Part shown: one piece after another, positions 63,638-64,000 of the stretch | How positions within the stretch are numbered: position 1 is the first letter of the stretch | How the letters are laid out: each line of letters begins with the position of its first letter | Notes under the pieces: generated by a model | Databases searched by the model: none | What the model was told of the DNA's origin: nothing | The model's input: only the letters and a program-made list of their open reading frames with translations | Translations under genes and position numbers: made by a program | DNA from: an uncultured Candidatus Methanogranum sp. | GTDB taxonomy: Archaea > Thermoplasmatota > Thermoplasmata > Methanomassiliicoccales > Methanomethylophilaceae | Reading direction: 5' to 3' | Assembly: GCA_964620455.1 (NCBI GenBank) | Contig: CAZUIU010000004.1 | Coordinates: 111,562-175,561 of the forward strand | Length of the DNA: 64,000 nt

Positions 63638-64000
63638 GTGCTAGAGATTAAGAACCTACATGTGAAGGCCGGAGACAGGGAGATTCTCAAAGGGATAAAC
63701 CTCTCCATCCCTGACGGGCACACTTGTGTCCTGTTCGGGCCGAATGGTTCCGGCAAATCTACTTTGCTCGCATCCATAATGGGATACGGTACCTCAGAAA
63801 TCACAGAGGGTACCATAACATTCAAAGGAAAGGACATAACCCACCTATCCGTGGATGAGCGCGCCAAACTGGGCATAGGCATGATGATGCAGAGGCCACC
63901 GAACGTCACAGGTGTGAAACTTGGAGACCTCATAAAAGCAGCCGCCAAGAACGGTAAGTGCGAGGGCATACTGGAAAACGCTGATAAGTTCAAAATGGAA
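63638..64000 (+). CDS. sufC: SufC-like Fe-S assembly ABC ATPase, N-terminal part; runs off the window end
   Basis: My own translation from GTG 63638 (alternative GTG 63629) gives VLEIKNLHVKAGDREILKGINLSIPDGHTCVLFGPNGSGKSTLLASIMGYGTSEITEGTITFKGKDITHLSVDERAKLGIGMMMQ... It is not in the ORF track because it has a non-ATG start and is truncated. Confidence 0.7.
   Translation, partial: MLEIKNLHVKAGDREILKGINLSIPDGHTCVLFGPNGSGKSTLLASIMGYGTSEITEGTITFKGKDITHLSVDERAKLGIGMMMQRPPNVTGVKLGDLIKAAAKNGKCEGILENADKFKME

Overview
This is a gene-dense chromosomal segment of an archaeon. I call 55 complete CDS, 2 CDS truncated at the window edges, and a few regulatory or repeat elements. The archaeal assignment rests on DnaG-type primase, Orc1/Cdc6, Trm1, archaeal RibC/RibL, MptD-like aldolase, THEP1 NTPase, archaeal GluRS and a SAMP-like Ub-fold protein ending in GG. 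A coenzyme M operon (ComD, cysteate synthase, COG1900-ferredoxin) points to a methanogen. TAG stop codons are almost absent (1 of 55 by hand count), which fits a pyrrolysine-decoding Methanomassiliicoccales-type lineage; that is inference, not proof. I recognised no rRNA, tRNA, CRISPR array, transposase or integrase. Packing is extreme, with many ATGA/TGATG start-stop overlaps. Several first genes have a TATA-like box about 24-29 nt upstream of the ATG, the leaderless pattern. Housekeeping blocks are dnaG, cobQ, trkHA, nadA, trm1, purA, gltX, feoB with a DtxR regulator, glyA, ribB-ribL-ribC-ribH, cysE-cysS, a NIF3-like/cdc6/ttuA-like block and sufC. Five things deserve a second look. (1) A two-gene ABC-ATPase + DUF4435/Toprim module resembling the bacterial PARIS (AriA/AriB) defence system lies at 28287-30190, in a visibly AT-richer patch wedged against xseB. 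(2) A bacterial AddAB-type helicase-nuclease pair lies at 18827-24362, with a divergent pair next to it that includes a catalytically dead paralogue of a nearby DEDDh exonuclease. (3) A YhaO/YhaN (SbcEF)-like Mre11/Rad50 pair has an ATPase with a transmembrane hairpin where archaeal Rad50 has the zinc hook. (4) Three uncharacterised genes (orphan ABC ATPase, CxxC P-loop NTPase, RnfB-type Fe-S protein) are translationally coupled to the CoM biosynthesis genes. (5) DnaG carries a roughly 175-aa charged low-complexity insertion built from short tandem repeats. All functional calls come from reading motifs by eye, and no database search was possible.
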